Source of the DNA: an uncultured bacterium
GTDB lineage: Bacteria > Bacillota_I > Bacilli_A > RFN20 > CAG-826
DNA length: 64,000 nt
Direction: 5' to 3'
NCBI GenBank assembly: GCA_949295325.1
Contig: CASFKG010000001.1
Span: forward strand, 391,928-455,927
The translations under genes and the position numbers were made by a program. The first letter of the stretch is position 1, and every line of letters begins with the position of its first letter. Positions 42,739 to 51,714 of the stretch are shown here, one piece after another. The notes below the pieces were generated by a model. It saw only the letters and a program-made list of their open reading frames with translations. It was not told the origin of the DNA and made no database searches.

Positions 42739-43624
42739 AAAAGAGTTGAACGGGCAGGCGACGGCCATATCGCGGAGCACGGCCAAGAAATTGGCCAAGG
42801 CCCGGCATTTTCTAAGCCAGACCGGGATGTATCTCGTTTTGATAATATTCGCCCTCGTTATACTGATTCCTTTCCTGTTCGCCGTATCGACTTCCTTCAC
42901 GACCCCGGAAAACATTTTCGATTTCAAGTGGATACCTTCGCCTATAGATATCGGGAACTACGACAAACTGTTTACCGAAAACAACGTCTGGCAGGCGTTC
43001 CTCAACACCTTCCTCTACACCGTTCCGACCACTATAGTCGGTACCTTCTGCAGCGCCCTTTGCGCCTATAGCTGCGCCCGCATGAAATGGCCGGGGAGAA
43101 GGGTTGTCTACTACCTTATTCTGGCCACCATGGTCATTCCCGGCGTGATTACCCTCATGCCCAGTTACGTCCTTTTTGTCAATTTCTACGGCTGGTATGG
43201 CACCGCGCTTCCTATCGTCATCCCGGGAATGTTCGGATCGGCTGGGGCCATGTTCTTCCTCCACCAGTACTTCAAGACCCTTCCCAAGGAACTGGAAGAA
43301 GCGGCCGAAATCGACGGCATGGGACGTCTTAGGATCTTCCTGAAAATCATATTGCCGCTTTCGGTTCCGGCCGTTTTGACCCAGTTCATCTTGGCCTTCA
43401 ACGGGGCCTACAACGACTATATGACCCCGTTGCTTTACGTCGGAACCAATCCCGACATGTTTACCATCCAGCTATTGGTAAGCGGCCTTTCGACCGCCCA
43501 TAACCGCCAATACACCCTCCTTATGGCCGGGGCCGTTACCGCCCTGGTCCCGACGCTGATTCTCTATGTGGCCTGCCAACGCTTCTTCGTGGACGGCATC
43601 GCCATGACCGGTTTGAAGGAGTAA
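42731..43624 (+). CDS. ABC sugar transporter permease (MalG/UgpE-type)
   Basis: 6-TM protein with EAA motif (...LEEAAEIDGMGRLRIF...). Overlaps the upstream permease by 8 nt. Confidence 0.85.
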   Translation: MSKKELNGQATAISRSTAKKLAKARHFLSQTGMYLVLIIFALVILIPFLFAVSTSFTTPENIFDFKWIPSPIDIGNYDKLFTENNVWQAFLNTFLYTVPTTIVGTFCSALCAYSCARMKWPGRRVVYYLILATMVIPGVITLMPSYVLFVNFYGWYGTALPIVIPGMFGSAGAMFFLHQYFKTLPKELEEAAEIDGMGRLRIFLKIILPLSVPAVLTQFILAFNGAYNDYMTPLLYVGTNPDMFTIQLLVSGLSTAHNRQYTLLMAGAVTALVPTLILYVACQRFFVDGIAMTGLKE

Positions 43625-43626
43625 CC

Positions 43627-45999
43627 ATGAACAAGAAAGCACTGTATTTCGCCCTCCCCTTGGCCCTCGTTCTTGCTTCCTGCGGCCCTTCCTCGGGCGG
43701 GCCTTCTTCAGACAGCTCTTTGCAAAGCAGCCAAACCGACTACGATTTGCCGGACGCTCCGGCCGGATCGGTAACCGAGGGGAAAATCACCGTCGGCAAC
43801 GCTTCGATTTCTTTTGTTTTGAACAATTCGGGGAGGTATTACGTCGATTTTGGCTATTCCGGCAATACGGTCTATCGGAGTGTTGCCCCGGCGATAATCA
43901 ACACGAGAAGCGAGTCTTCCGGCATACTGGCAACCTACGACGAGAACACCTACGAGAGTACTTACGGGCGTCTCGAGGAAACCTCTTTCGGGATATTGGC
44001 AACCGCGAACATCGAAACCGGCGAAGGAAGCGTCTTCGAGGTAGCGGATGCCTATTACATACCGCTTGGATCTTCTTCTTTCGCCATCGAAAGGACCGTG
44101 ACGGTCAAGCAGAAGAAAGGCGAGGACGAAGGTTTCCAAAGCGAGATGTTGATTACCAATGTCGAAGGGAGCAGCAATTACGAAGACTTTACCTATTTCA
44201 TTCCGGCGATCATATATAAAGACACTGCGGAAATGAGGTCTGGTTCGATTGCCAGCAACCTCAACCTGACAGGGAAGGTCATGGTGAAGGAAACCCGTAC
44301 CGGGCTTCCCCTTTCCTTTATCCGCCATGACGGCGGGCCGTCCATCGGCCTATACCACTACGAACCGGAAATTAGCGTGGGCGACGAGATAGGCGGGGGC
44401 TTCAACGGCGAAGTAAGCGAAATGCTCGAATACGGATCGGTAGGGTTCCAAATCACCCCGCTTGTTGGCGTTGATCTCTGCTACCCCGCCACCGAAGGAC
44501 CCAATACCTATGATTCCGGCCAAGGCTGGGCCAAGCGTTTCCATCCGGTCGAAGAAGGATTCTCCCACAACTACACGATGGGTATCGTTATCCGCAGCGA
44601 CGGGGATTACAACACCGCGATGGCGGAAACGTATAAGGAAGCCTTCAGGGCGCAGAGCCACGAGTATCCGAAGGTAGACATGGAACAGATTTACGAAGAC
44701 AACCTTTATCTTTTCGGGCAGGAGTATCGGACATTCGGTGACAACGACGTCTACGGCGGCCTTCCTTGGTCGCTGACCCTGCCGGATGCCTCGGCCGACC
44801 AGGGTTACGCTTCCCAGTCGGGCTTCGTCGGGCAGCAGGCCCCGGCTGCTTATCAAATGCTTCGTTATGGTAGAAGCAACGGCGATAGCGGCTATATCGA
44901 AATGGGCACCAGGGCCCTCGATTTCTGGACTTCCCGAACCATCATGGGCAACTATTTCCCAATCATCTGGTGGGATCCCGGAAACGGATCTGCAGGCGGG
45001 ACTAGAAGGGACTACCCGACTTTCTTGCGCTGCATGGTCGATGCCGCCGAAGGCATTTTGGACGGGTATCTGATGGAAAAAGGCCTCGGCGTGGAACACG
45101 CCCAATGGCTTGAAGCGGTGACCAAAATCGCCGACAACCTGGTTGCCGTTCAAAACGAAAACGGTTCATTCTACCGGGCTTATAACCTTAACGGCACCGT
45201 CTGCACCGATACTTCCAACGCGACCTATCAGGGCACTAGCGAGCTGAATACTCCGATTGCCGTCCGCTTCTTGGCCAAGATGTTCGAGATGACCAGCGAT
45301 GCCAAGTACAAGGAGGCTGCCCTTTCCGCGGCCGATTACAGCTACGACGAACTTTATCTCGGACGCGGAAAATATGTCGGCGGTACCCCCGATAATCCCA
45401 ATACCGTCGACAAGGAAGCCGCGGTCTATGCGATGTATTGCTTCGAAGCCGCCCATTCCCTGTCCGGCGACGACAAATATCTGGCCGCCGCCGAACATGC
45501 AGCGGTCTGTGCGATGAGCTGGGTATATACCTACGACTTCGCGGTCCCAAGCCAACTGTCAAATCAGGAAATAAACACCTTCGAGGACGGCGGAGTCATC
45601 GGCTTTTCCTTCATTGCCACCGGGCATAGCTCCGCTGACAACTACGCCGCCTATATCTTCTTTGCCCTGTACCGTCTTTACCTCGAATCCGGCGACGACT
45701 TCTATTTCGACGCCGCGCTTCTCATCGAAAACGCCAGCAAATTGAGCAACGACTACGACGGACGCATGGGCTTCAAATACCGGGCCATGGGTCCCGAAGC
45801 CACCACCGTGGCCGACTTCAACTTCGCCTCCGTTGGAACCTGGCTTCCCTGGAGCGGTATCGCCAACATCGAGCCGATCATCCACTTCAAGACCTGCTTT
45901 GGAACCTATTCCATCGAAGATCTCACGATGGATCTGGGCGAACAGAAAGCCGCTCTCGAAGCCTATGGCATGGGCGGCAAACAAATTGGAAACGTTTAG
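43627..45999 (+). CDS. lipoprotein of unknown function, possible (alpha/alpha)6-toroid glycoside-hydrolase-like protein
   Basis: Lipobox LVLASCGPSS, 790 aa, with a Trp/Tyr-rich helical-hairpin C-terminal half. Starts 3 nt after the permease stop. Confidence 0.6.
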   Translation: MNKKALYFALPLALVLASCGPSSGGPSSDSSLQSSQTDYDLPDAPAGSVTEGKITVGNASISFVLNNSGRYYVDFGYSGNTVYRSVAPAIINTRSESSGILATYDENTYESTYGRLEETSFGILATANIETGEGSVFEVADAYYIPLGSSSFAIERTVTVKQKKGEDEGFQSEMLITNVEGSSNYEDFTYFIPAIIYKDTAEMRSGSIASNLNLTGKVMVKETRTGLPLSFIRHDGGPSIGLYHYEPEISVGDEIGGGFNGEVSEMLEYGSVGFQITPLVGVDLCYPATEGPNTYDSGQGWAKRFHPVEEGFSHNYTMGIVIRSDGDYNTAMAETYKEAFRAQSHEYPKVDMEQIYEDNLYLFGQEYRTFGDNDVYGGLPWSLTLPDASADQGYASQSGFVGQQAPAAYQMLRYGRSNGDSGYIEMGTRALDFWTSRTIMGNYFPIIWWDPGNGSAGGTRRDYPTFLRCMVDAAEGILDGYLMEKGLGVEHAQWLEAVTKIADNLVAVQNENGSFYRAYNLNGTVCTDTSNATYQGTSELNTPIAVRFLAKMFEMTSDAKYKEAALSAADYSYDELYLGRGKYVGGTPDNPNTVDKEAAVYAMYCFEAAHSLSGDDKYLAAAEHAAVCAMSWVYTYDFAVPSQLSNQEINTFEDGGVIGFSFIATGHSSADNYAAYIFFALYRLYLESGDDFYFDAALLIENASKLSNDYDGRMGFKYRAMGPEATTVADFNFASVGTWLPWSGIANIEPIIHFKTCFGTYSIEDLTMDLGEQKAALEAYGMGGKQIGNV

Positions 46000-46016
46000 T
46001 AAAGGAGAGGAGAAGT

Positions 46017-48866
46017 ATGAACACTTTACTAGCCATGGTGCTGGCCCTTTCCTCCTTCGGCGGCCTTGCATCGGGAGACAGGCTTGGTGCCTTTGTCCCC
46101 TCTGACTGGTCGCTGTCGGGAGGCGGGGCGGTAAGTGCCTACTACGACATCGGCGACACCATAACCGCCAAGAGCACCCAAACAACGTTAAGGGGCAATT
46201 TCCTCATCAATGAATCCGAAACGCATCTTGGCGATTATACCGTTTCTATAACCGGAAGCGCCGAAGAGTCCTGGCCGGTAAGCAAATCAGTCCAGATCGG
46301 CATAGTCCCATGGTACTTGGATAGTAACAACTACATTCTCGTCTATATGGAATGGAGTCCGACTGAAAGACCAACCGGCATGCGCGTAGTCGAATTCACC
46401 GGGCGCATCGACGGACAGAACCCGGTCGTCTACAAGGACGGCGGATTCGTCCAATCGGAATGGAACGATGCCTGGATGGACGGGGCCAACGAACCATATG
46501 CCATCGATCCGTCGAGCGACTGGACGTTCAGCGTCAAAAAGGAAAGGAGCGCGGCCGGCGATACCGACGAGTTCACGGCCTATATAAACGGCAACAAAGT
46601 CGGATTCTATGGATTCCGTGACGTTCCCAAGTATTCGGCCAAGCCTGCCAAATCAGGTATCTACTGCTATAACGACAACGTCACCATAACCGATTATTCG
46701 GTGACGCCGGTCGCCGATGATAGTTTGTTTCACGATATCGGGGGAGGCTATGTCGGCAAGGCCGCTAGCGGCGACTGGGACGTAAGCGGGAACACCCTTT
46801 CTATCGATGCCTCTTCCAGCGTCGATCCCATATCCTCTACCATTGCCATTACGGAAAATACCTACGAAGGCAATTTCCGCTTAAAGGGAACGTTTGCTTC
46901 TTCCTCCCTCGTCAATAACGGCGGCATCGGCTTGGTGCCTTGGTACCAAGACGAAACCAACTATTTGACTGCTTATGTCGGTATGGTTGGAGGAACCAAA
47001 TCGCTCATGGTCGAAGGAATGGTCACCGCATATTCGGGCGGTGGCATGAGCCAAACCCCTATTAACGACACATTACCGTTGGATTCGGTGGAAAACGTCG
47101 GAGATATTTCGCTTATTGCCGATAAACAAGGCAGCAGAATTTCCCTATATCTCGAAGGTGGCGAAGATAACAAGCTCGAAGTAAGCAATCCCGCTTTCGC
47201 CACCGCTTCTTATATCGGGACTGCGGTCAGTGCCTGTAACGTAAGCATCGACTTCGAAAGCGAAGCCCTCGTCTACAACTCCTTCGACTGGTATGACCTA
47301 ACTCTCGGAGGAAACAAGGTAAGCGTCAAATCCGCGACCGATGCCGAAGGCCTCTTCGCGTACGACGAAGGCACCTACACAGTTTCCGATGAAGCGGTCG
47401 TTTCAGGCGATTTGACCAAACAGGCCGCCTTGTCCCTAGCCACTTCCTATGTCGGCGAAATATCCGTTTCCGCCGATTTCGCTCCTTTGGCGGAAGGCCA
47501 GGAATACGGTCTCTATCCGTTTTTGGTCGACGAAGACAACTACGTGCGCATCGGTCTTAAATCCGATGCATTTACCGTTTACTTGGCAAATAACGGAACC
47601 GAAACCCAGAGAGGTTATGTCCTGCCCGCCAATTTCGATTCCGCGGCTTCTCACAATATTTCCGCCGAACTCGCCAGCGGTACGCTCAATGTTACGGTAG
47701 ATGGCGCTTCGGTAGTCGAGAACCTGCCTGTCGATGGTTACGATTTCTCCGACTCCCTTATGATCGGTTTCTTCTTTGCCGGCAAGGGCGGCAGCGTTTC
47801 CAATCTTAGCTATAGCGGTTTCTATCCTAATTCCGCGAAGAACGTTGGAGCCTGGACCGTCTACGGTCCCCGGCCGGACACCTGGACATTCGACGAAGAA
47901 AACAACACCATCACCGGAAAATACGATGGAGGTACCGTTTGGCAGGCTACCAACGCACTAATGAGCAACGAAAAAGCCGATTTCTGGTGCGCTTCCACCA
48001 TCAATGTGTCCGCGGTGACCGCTTCCGAGCACAAAGTCGGACTCGTCCCCTATTATCTCGATTCCAACAACTACGTCTTCGTCTGGTTCAGCCGCTGGGC
48101 CGGTTCTACCGCCAACACCAATGTCACCGTGCGTATCAACGGCCAGATCCTCCCGCCGGAATGGGGAGAAAGGGAAATCGGAATCCAATTCGAAGGGACC
48201 GACAACAAACTCGAAGCCCATATCGAAGGGGACACCGTTTCCGTTTATGTTTCCGGGGCCTTCGCACCGGTATATACCGGCAATTACCCCGGATTGTCGG
48301 AGAGAACGCTGTCCGGAGCGAAGAGCGGCCTTAACATCTCCAACGTTTCGGCCACCTTCAAGGACACCGTCCTCGGTGCCGACGATAGGCCATATGCCTT
48401 CAACGAGAAGCCGTCCATCAACGAAATTGGCACCCGCGTCACCGCCGGCGTGGTAGGCGAAAGGATTGCCCTGCCGATCTACACCGCGACCAACAGCAAC
48501 AACGATCCGCTGACGGCGGTTGTCAACGTTACGGATCCTTCAGGCGAAGCCGTGGTTCTCGAAAGGAACGGATTTGTCCCCGAAACGGCCGGTATCTACC
48601 ACGTCGAAGTTACCTGCACCGACGACTGGGGCAATTCCGCCGACCCCGTTTCCTACGACATAACGGTAACAGAAGCCCAAACCGGCGGAGACACTTCTTC
48701 AGAGCCGGACACCGGCGGCAACACCGGCGGAGGGACAACCGATCCCGAAGGCAACGGGCTAGGTCTAATGCTCGGCATTGTGTTCGGTTGCCTAGGCGGC
48801 GCAGCCGTTATCGGCCTGGCTATCTTCCTCTTCATACGTTATCGCAACAAAAAGACAACGGAATAA
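46017..48866 (+). CDS. large surface protein with four tandem copies of an uncharacterised beta-rich module, Gly/Thr linker and C-terminal TM anchor
   Basis: Signal peptide and four roughly 200-aa repeats, each with the motif G-[IL]-[VY]-P-[WFY]-[YL]-x-D-x-[DN]-N-Y. A low-complexity GGDTSSEPDTGGNTGGGTTDPEGNG stalk follows. C-terminal hydrophobic helix plus RYRNKKTTE. Confidence 0.7.
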   Translation: MNTLLAMVLALSSFGGLASGDRLGAFVPSDWSLSGGGAVSAYYDIGDTITAKSTQTTLRGNFLINESETHLGDYTVSITGSAEESWPVSKSVQIGIVPWYLDSNNYILVYMEWSPTERPTGMRVVEFTGRIDGQNPVVYKDGGFVQSEWNDAWMDGANEPYAIDPSSDWTFSVKKERSAAGDTDEFTAYINGNKVGFYGFRDVPKYSAKPAKSGIYCYNDNVTITDYSVTPVADDSLFHDIGGGYVGKAASGDWDVSGNTLSIDASSSVDPISSTIAITENTYEGNFRLKGTFASSSLVNNGGIGLVPWYQDETNYLTAYVGMVGGTKSLMVEGMVTAYSGGGMSQTPINDTLPLDSVENVGDISLIADKQGSRISLYLEGGEDNKLEVSNPAFATASYIGTAVSACNVSIDFESEALVYNSFDWYDLTLGGNKVSVKSATDAEGLFAYDEGTYTVSDEAVVSGDLTKQAALSLATSYVGEISVSADFAPLAEGQEYGLYPFLVDEDNYVRIGLKSDAFTVYLANNGTETQRGYVLPANFDSAASHNISAELASGTLNVTVDGASVVENLPVDGYDFSDSLMIGFFFAGKGGSVSNLSYSGFYPNSAKNVGAWTVYGPRPDTWTFDEENNTITGKYDGGTVWQATNALMSNEKADFWCASTINVSAVTASEHKVGLVPYYLDSNNYVFVWFSRWAGSTANTNVTVRINGQILPPEWGEREIGIQFEGTDNKLEAHIEGDTVSVYVSGAFAPVYTGNYPGLSERTLSGAKSGLNISNVSATFKDTVLGADDRPYAFNEKPSINEIGTRVTAGVVGERIALPIYTATNSNNDPLTAVVNVTDPSGEAVVLERNGFVPETAGIYHVEVTCTDDWGNSADPVSYDITVTEAQTGGDTSSEPDTGGNTGGGTTDPEGNGLGLMLGIVFGCLGGAAVIGLAIFLFIRYRNKKTTE

Positions 48867-48881
48867 CTTATAGATAATCGC

Positions 48882-48918
48882 AAAAAAGTCGGTGTGGCCT
48901 TGACCAGCCGACTTTTTC
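48882..48918 (+). terminator. Rho-independent terminator
   Basis: AAAAAGTCGG...CCGACTTTTT hairpin (inner TGG...CCA pairing) followed by a T-run. Confidence 0.5.
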
Positions 48919-49042
48919 GTTTCATGGTGCCAAAATGCATAAAGGGCAAGTCTCGCGATATTAAGCAGCATAGTGCCAATTCATACAATGAAACTGCGAA
49001 GAACATCGTTTTGCTGGAACCAGCAGTTGAATTTTGAATCGA

Positions 49043-49056
49043 TGTAAGCGCTTACA
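49043..49056. promoter_or_regulatory. catabolite responsive element (cre) TGTAAGCGCTTACA
   Basis: Perfect 14-bp palindrome matching cre consensus TGWAANCGNTNWCA. It sits 17 bp upstream of the ATG at 49073 and abuts the RBS AGGAGA. Confidence 0.55.
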
Positions 49057-49072
49057 AGAAAGGAGACCGATC

Positions 49073-50989
49073 ATGAACGGAAAATGGCTCAGAATCGCCG
49101 GTGTCGCATTGCTCGCCGCTGGCGTTGTTACGGCCGGAACCGTCATTGCGACTTTGCCCGACACACTTCTGATGGCCGGAGCCAATGACGGCTACACCAT
49201 CAATCTCGACAGCGAAAACGCCCCGGAGCTCGCCGAAGGGACCGGTAGCATAACCGCTGTTAGCAATACTGGCTACGGCTTAGTTGGAATCGTCTATGAC
49301 GGGGCCACATCCAATGAAGGCAACCACGTTGCTCTAAACGAAGGAGGGAGCATCAGGAACTCCGACCAGATTACCGCCATTACCGATATTCAAATAAATT
49401 ACACCGGAACTCTCACGTTGGGCTTCGGTCGGACTGCTGAGGTTTTTGTTCCCGTCGCCGGTATCCCTAGCGGCGTTCCGACCGAAGTGGTTGGAACCCC
49501 TCTGTATTTTGATATTTCCGCCGGCGCCGGCGGGGCCGTTATCGAAAGCATAACCGTTACGTATTCGTGCGATCCGTCCCCGGTTTACGCGGATTTGGAC
49601 GTAACCGTTCGCCTTCCCGGCTATCTTGAGGGCGGCGAGGCCGTGACATTGAAACAAGGCGATTCCTCCGCGTCCATGAGTGTTACAACCGAAGACATAT
49701 TGACATACGAGGCGAACGTCAAAAATGTCGATCCCTATAGTGAGTTCACGGTCGTCGTCGGCGAAGCCACTAGCAACCCATTCCGTCTCGATTCCCTAAA
49801 TGGCCTGAGGGCCACGAAGGTTCTGTCTTCGGAAATCGACTACGACGGGTTCGTGAAAGGATTCGAGATGACGGACTACAAAGGTTCCGTTACCTATTCG
49901 CAGAGCGCGCCAGACGCCATAAAAGTCACGAGCAACGAATCCAACGGAAACTTCCTAACCAAGGACGCCGAACTTGGCAATAAGTATTCCGTAGAAGCCC
50001 ACATTCAAGGCACCGTTGATGCGTTGCCGGTTGCCAATAACATCAATGCCGGTCTCCTTGCCTATTACCAAGACGCCGACAATTGGCTGGCATTCTATGC
50101 CGAATGGAAGGTTGCTACCGAAACCAACAGGCCAAACGAATTGGCTTCTATCCAACCGGCCGTTTCAACAAACGGAGTTGTCAGTTATCCTTCTCCGATC
50201 TGGTGCGACGGAATTAGTGCCACCCCTCATGACGGGCTTGACCTCAAGATCGATGTCGAGATATCCACTGCCGGCGTCGTTGCCACCGCCACGGCATTGG
50301 TCGGCGGACAGACCAAGACCGGATCCGCGACCATGTCCGGAACCTTCGCGGAAGGCAGCAAAGTCGGTGTCTACTGTTTCGGCGATACCGTAGATTTCAC
50401 TTCCTTCTCCTACGAAAAATTGGAGATAACGACCGATTGGCAGGTCCTTGCCCCTGGCAGCAATCCTACTACATTCAAAGAGGACGGCGGTTCACTGGTC
50501 GTCAACAACGATGGAAACTGGAAAGCCGGTTTTGTCGGCAAGCCCGTTACCGTTGGTGCATCCTACAGCATCTCGTCTCATATTGCGGGAACTACTACCG
50601 GAAATGTCGAAAGCGAGTTGATGCTCGGATTCCTTGCCTACTATACCGATCCGGACAACTTCATCATCGCGTATGTCCAGTACTCACCAACAGACAGGCC
50701 CCACGAAGCACGGGAAGTCCAGATTACCGGCCATATCGGCGGGAACGATATCGGATGGTGCGATATCTGGACCGACGGGAACGGCGTTCATCCGGCAGAC
50801 GGCTTCGACCTGAAAGTCGACGTCGAAATCGGAGGCGGGAACGCCACCGTCTCGGCGACCATGACCACCGGGGCCGGCTATGTGAAAACCGGTAGTCGGA
50901 CGGTCGAAAACGTGGAAAATCTTCCTACCCATCTCGGCGTTTATTGCCAAAACGAGACGGCGACCTATACCGGCCTCGTCATCGAATAA
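49073..50989 (+). CDS. surface protein paralog with N-terminal signal-anchor and two or more copies of the same beta-rich repeat module
   Basis: Start chosen at MNGKWLRIAGVALLAAGVV (RBS AGGAGA 6 nt upstream). Repeats carry GLLAYYQDADNW and GFLAYYTDPDNF motifs like those of the 46017..48866 protein. Confidence 0.7.
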   Translation: MNGKWLRIAGVALLAAGVVTAGTVIATLPDTLLMAGANDGYTINLDSENAPELAEGTGSITAVSNTGYGLVGIVYDGATSNEGNHVALNEGGSIRNSDQITAITDIQINYTGTLTLGFGRTAEVFVPVAGIPSGVPTEVVGTPLYFDISAGAGGAVIESITVTYSCDPSPVYADLDVTVRLPGYLEGGEAVTLKQGDSSASMSVTTEDILTYEANVKNVDPYSEFTVVVGEATSNPFRLDSLNGLRATKVLSSEIDYDGFVKGFEMTDYKGSVTYSQSAPDAIKVTSNESNGNFLTKDAELGNKYSVEAHIQGTVDALPVANNINAGLLAYYQDADNWLAFYAEWKVATETNRPNELASIQPAVSTNGVVSYPSPIWCDGISATPHDGLDLKIDVEISTAGVVATATALVGGQTKTGSATMSGTFAEGSKVGVYCFGDTVDFTSFSYEKLEITTDWQVLAPGSNPTTFKEDGGSLVVNNDGNWKAGFVGKPVTVGASYSISSHIAGTTTGNVESELMLGFLAYYTDPDNFIIAYVQYSPTDRPHEAREVQITGHIGGNDIGWCDIWTDGNGVHPADGFDLKVDVEIGGGNATVSATMTTGAGYVKTGSRTVENVENLPTHLGVYCQNETATYTGLVIE

Positions 50990-51007
50990 GGCCTTAGCCT
51001 CCCTTAA

Positions 51008-51037
51008 AGCGGGTTCCTTCAACGGGACCCGCTTTTT
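51008..51037 (+). terminator. Rho-independent terminator
   Basis: AGCGGGT-tccttcaacggg-ACCCGCT followed by TTTTTG. Overlaps the last codons of the convergent ABC ATPase gene. Confidence 0.5.
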
Positions 51038-51714
51038 GTTGTACGGTCCGCCACCAAGTTAAGCTTCCCGCCTTCCAAACGGTAATGCCTGTCGAAGTGG
51101 CGCGACTCGTTTACGTCGTGTCCGACGTATATCAAGGTCGTGTCGCTGTTTTTTACCAGACGGAACATTTCTTTTAAAAGGGCGTCTTTTGTTCTGACGT
51201 CCACGCCGGAAAATGGCTCGTCGGCCAGGAAGAGCGACGGTTTCCTTACCAGCGCCCGGTAAAGGGCCACGGTTTCCTTTTGGCCGAGGCTCAGCTCTTT
51301 AGGCTTGAAATTGAGCAGTTTTGCCACCGGCGAGCCTTTGATTATTTCCTTGATCAGTTTGTCTTTCTCCATTCTTTTCAGGCCGTAGCCGTCCAAAGCC
51401 GCATAGAGATTCCCGTAGACGGTCAGAAACGGATATAGGAATGCTTCCTGGAAGCAAAAGGCGACGTCGCGGCTCGAAGCCTTGATGTCCAGTATTTCCT
51501 CTCCCCTGAATTTCAGGGAACCTTCATCGGGGTCCAATAACCCGGCAAGGATTTTCAGCAATGTGGTTTTGCCCTCCCCGCTTTGGCCGCTAAGGAAGAT
51601 GGTATCCCCTTGATCGAATTCGAAGCAGAGATTTTCGAACACTTTGGTTACCGGCTCTTTCCTCGTTTTCCCTTTGTAGGAAAAATCCAATCCCCGGAGC
51701 ACGTAATCACTCAT
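51019..51714 (-). CDS. ABC transporter ATP-binding protein with degenerate signature motif
   Basis: Walker A GQSGEGKTT, Walker B LFLADEP, and signature LSLGQKE in place of LSGGQ. 231 aa. Confidence 0.8.
   Translation of the reverse strand: MSDYVLRGLDFSYKGKTRKEPVTKVFENLCFEFDQGDTIFLSGQSGEGKTTLLKILAGLLDPDEGSLKFRGEEILDIKASSRDVAFCFQEAFLYPFLTVYGNLYAALDGYGLKRMEKDKLIKEIIKGSPVAKLLNFKPKELSLGQKETVALYRALVRKPSLFLADEPFSGVDVRTKDALLKEMFRLVKNSDTTLIYVGHDVNESRHFDRHYRLEGGKLNLVADRTTKSGSR

Noticed and set aside
44350-45153. 267-aa minus-strand ORF inside the 790-aa lipoprotein gene
   Set aside because: Antisense to the better-supported plus-strand gene, which is translationally coupled to the ABC permeases.
49034-49072. 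Upstream in-frame ATG for the second surface-protein gene (MNRCKRLQERRPI...)
   Set aside because: It would place the start inside the cre palindrome and lacks an RBS. The ATG at 49073 has an AGGAGA RBS 6 nt upstream and begins a canonical signal-anchor.
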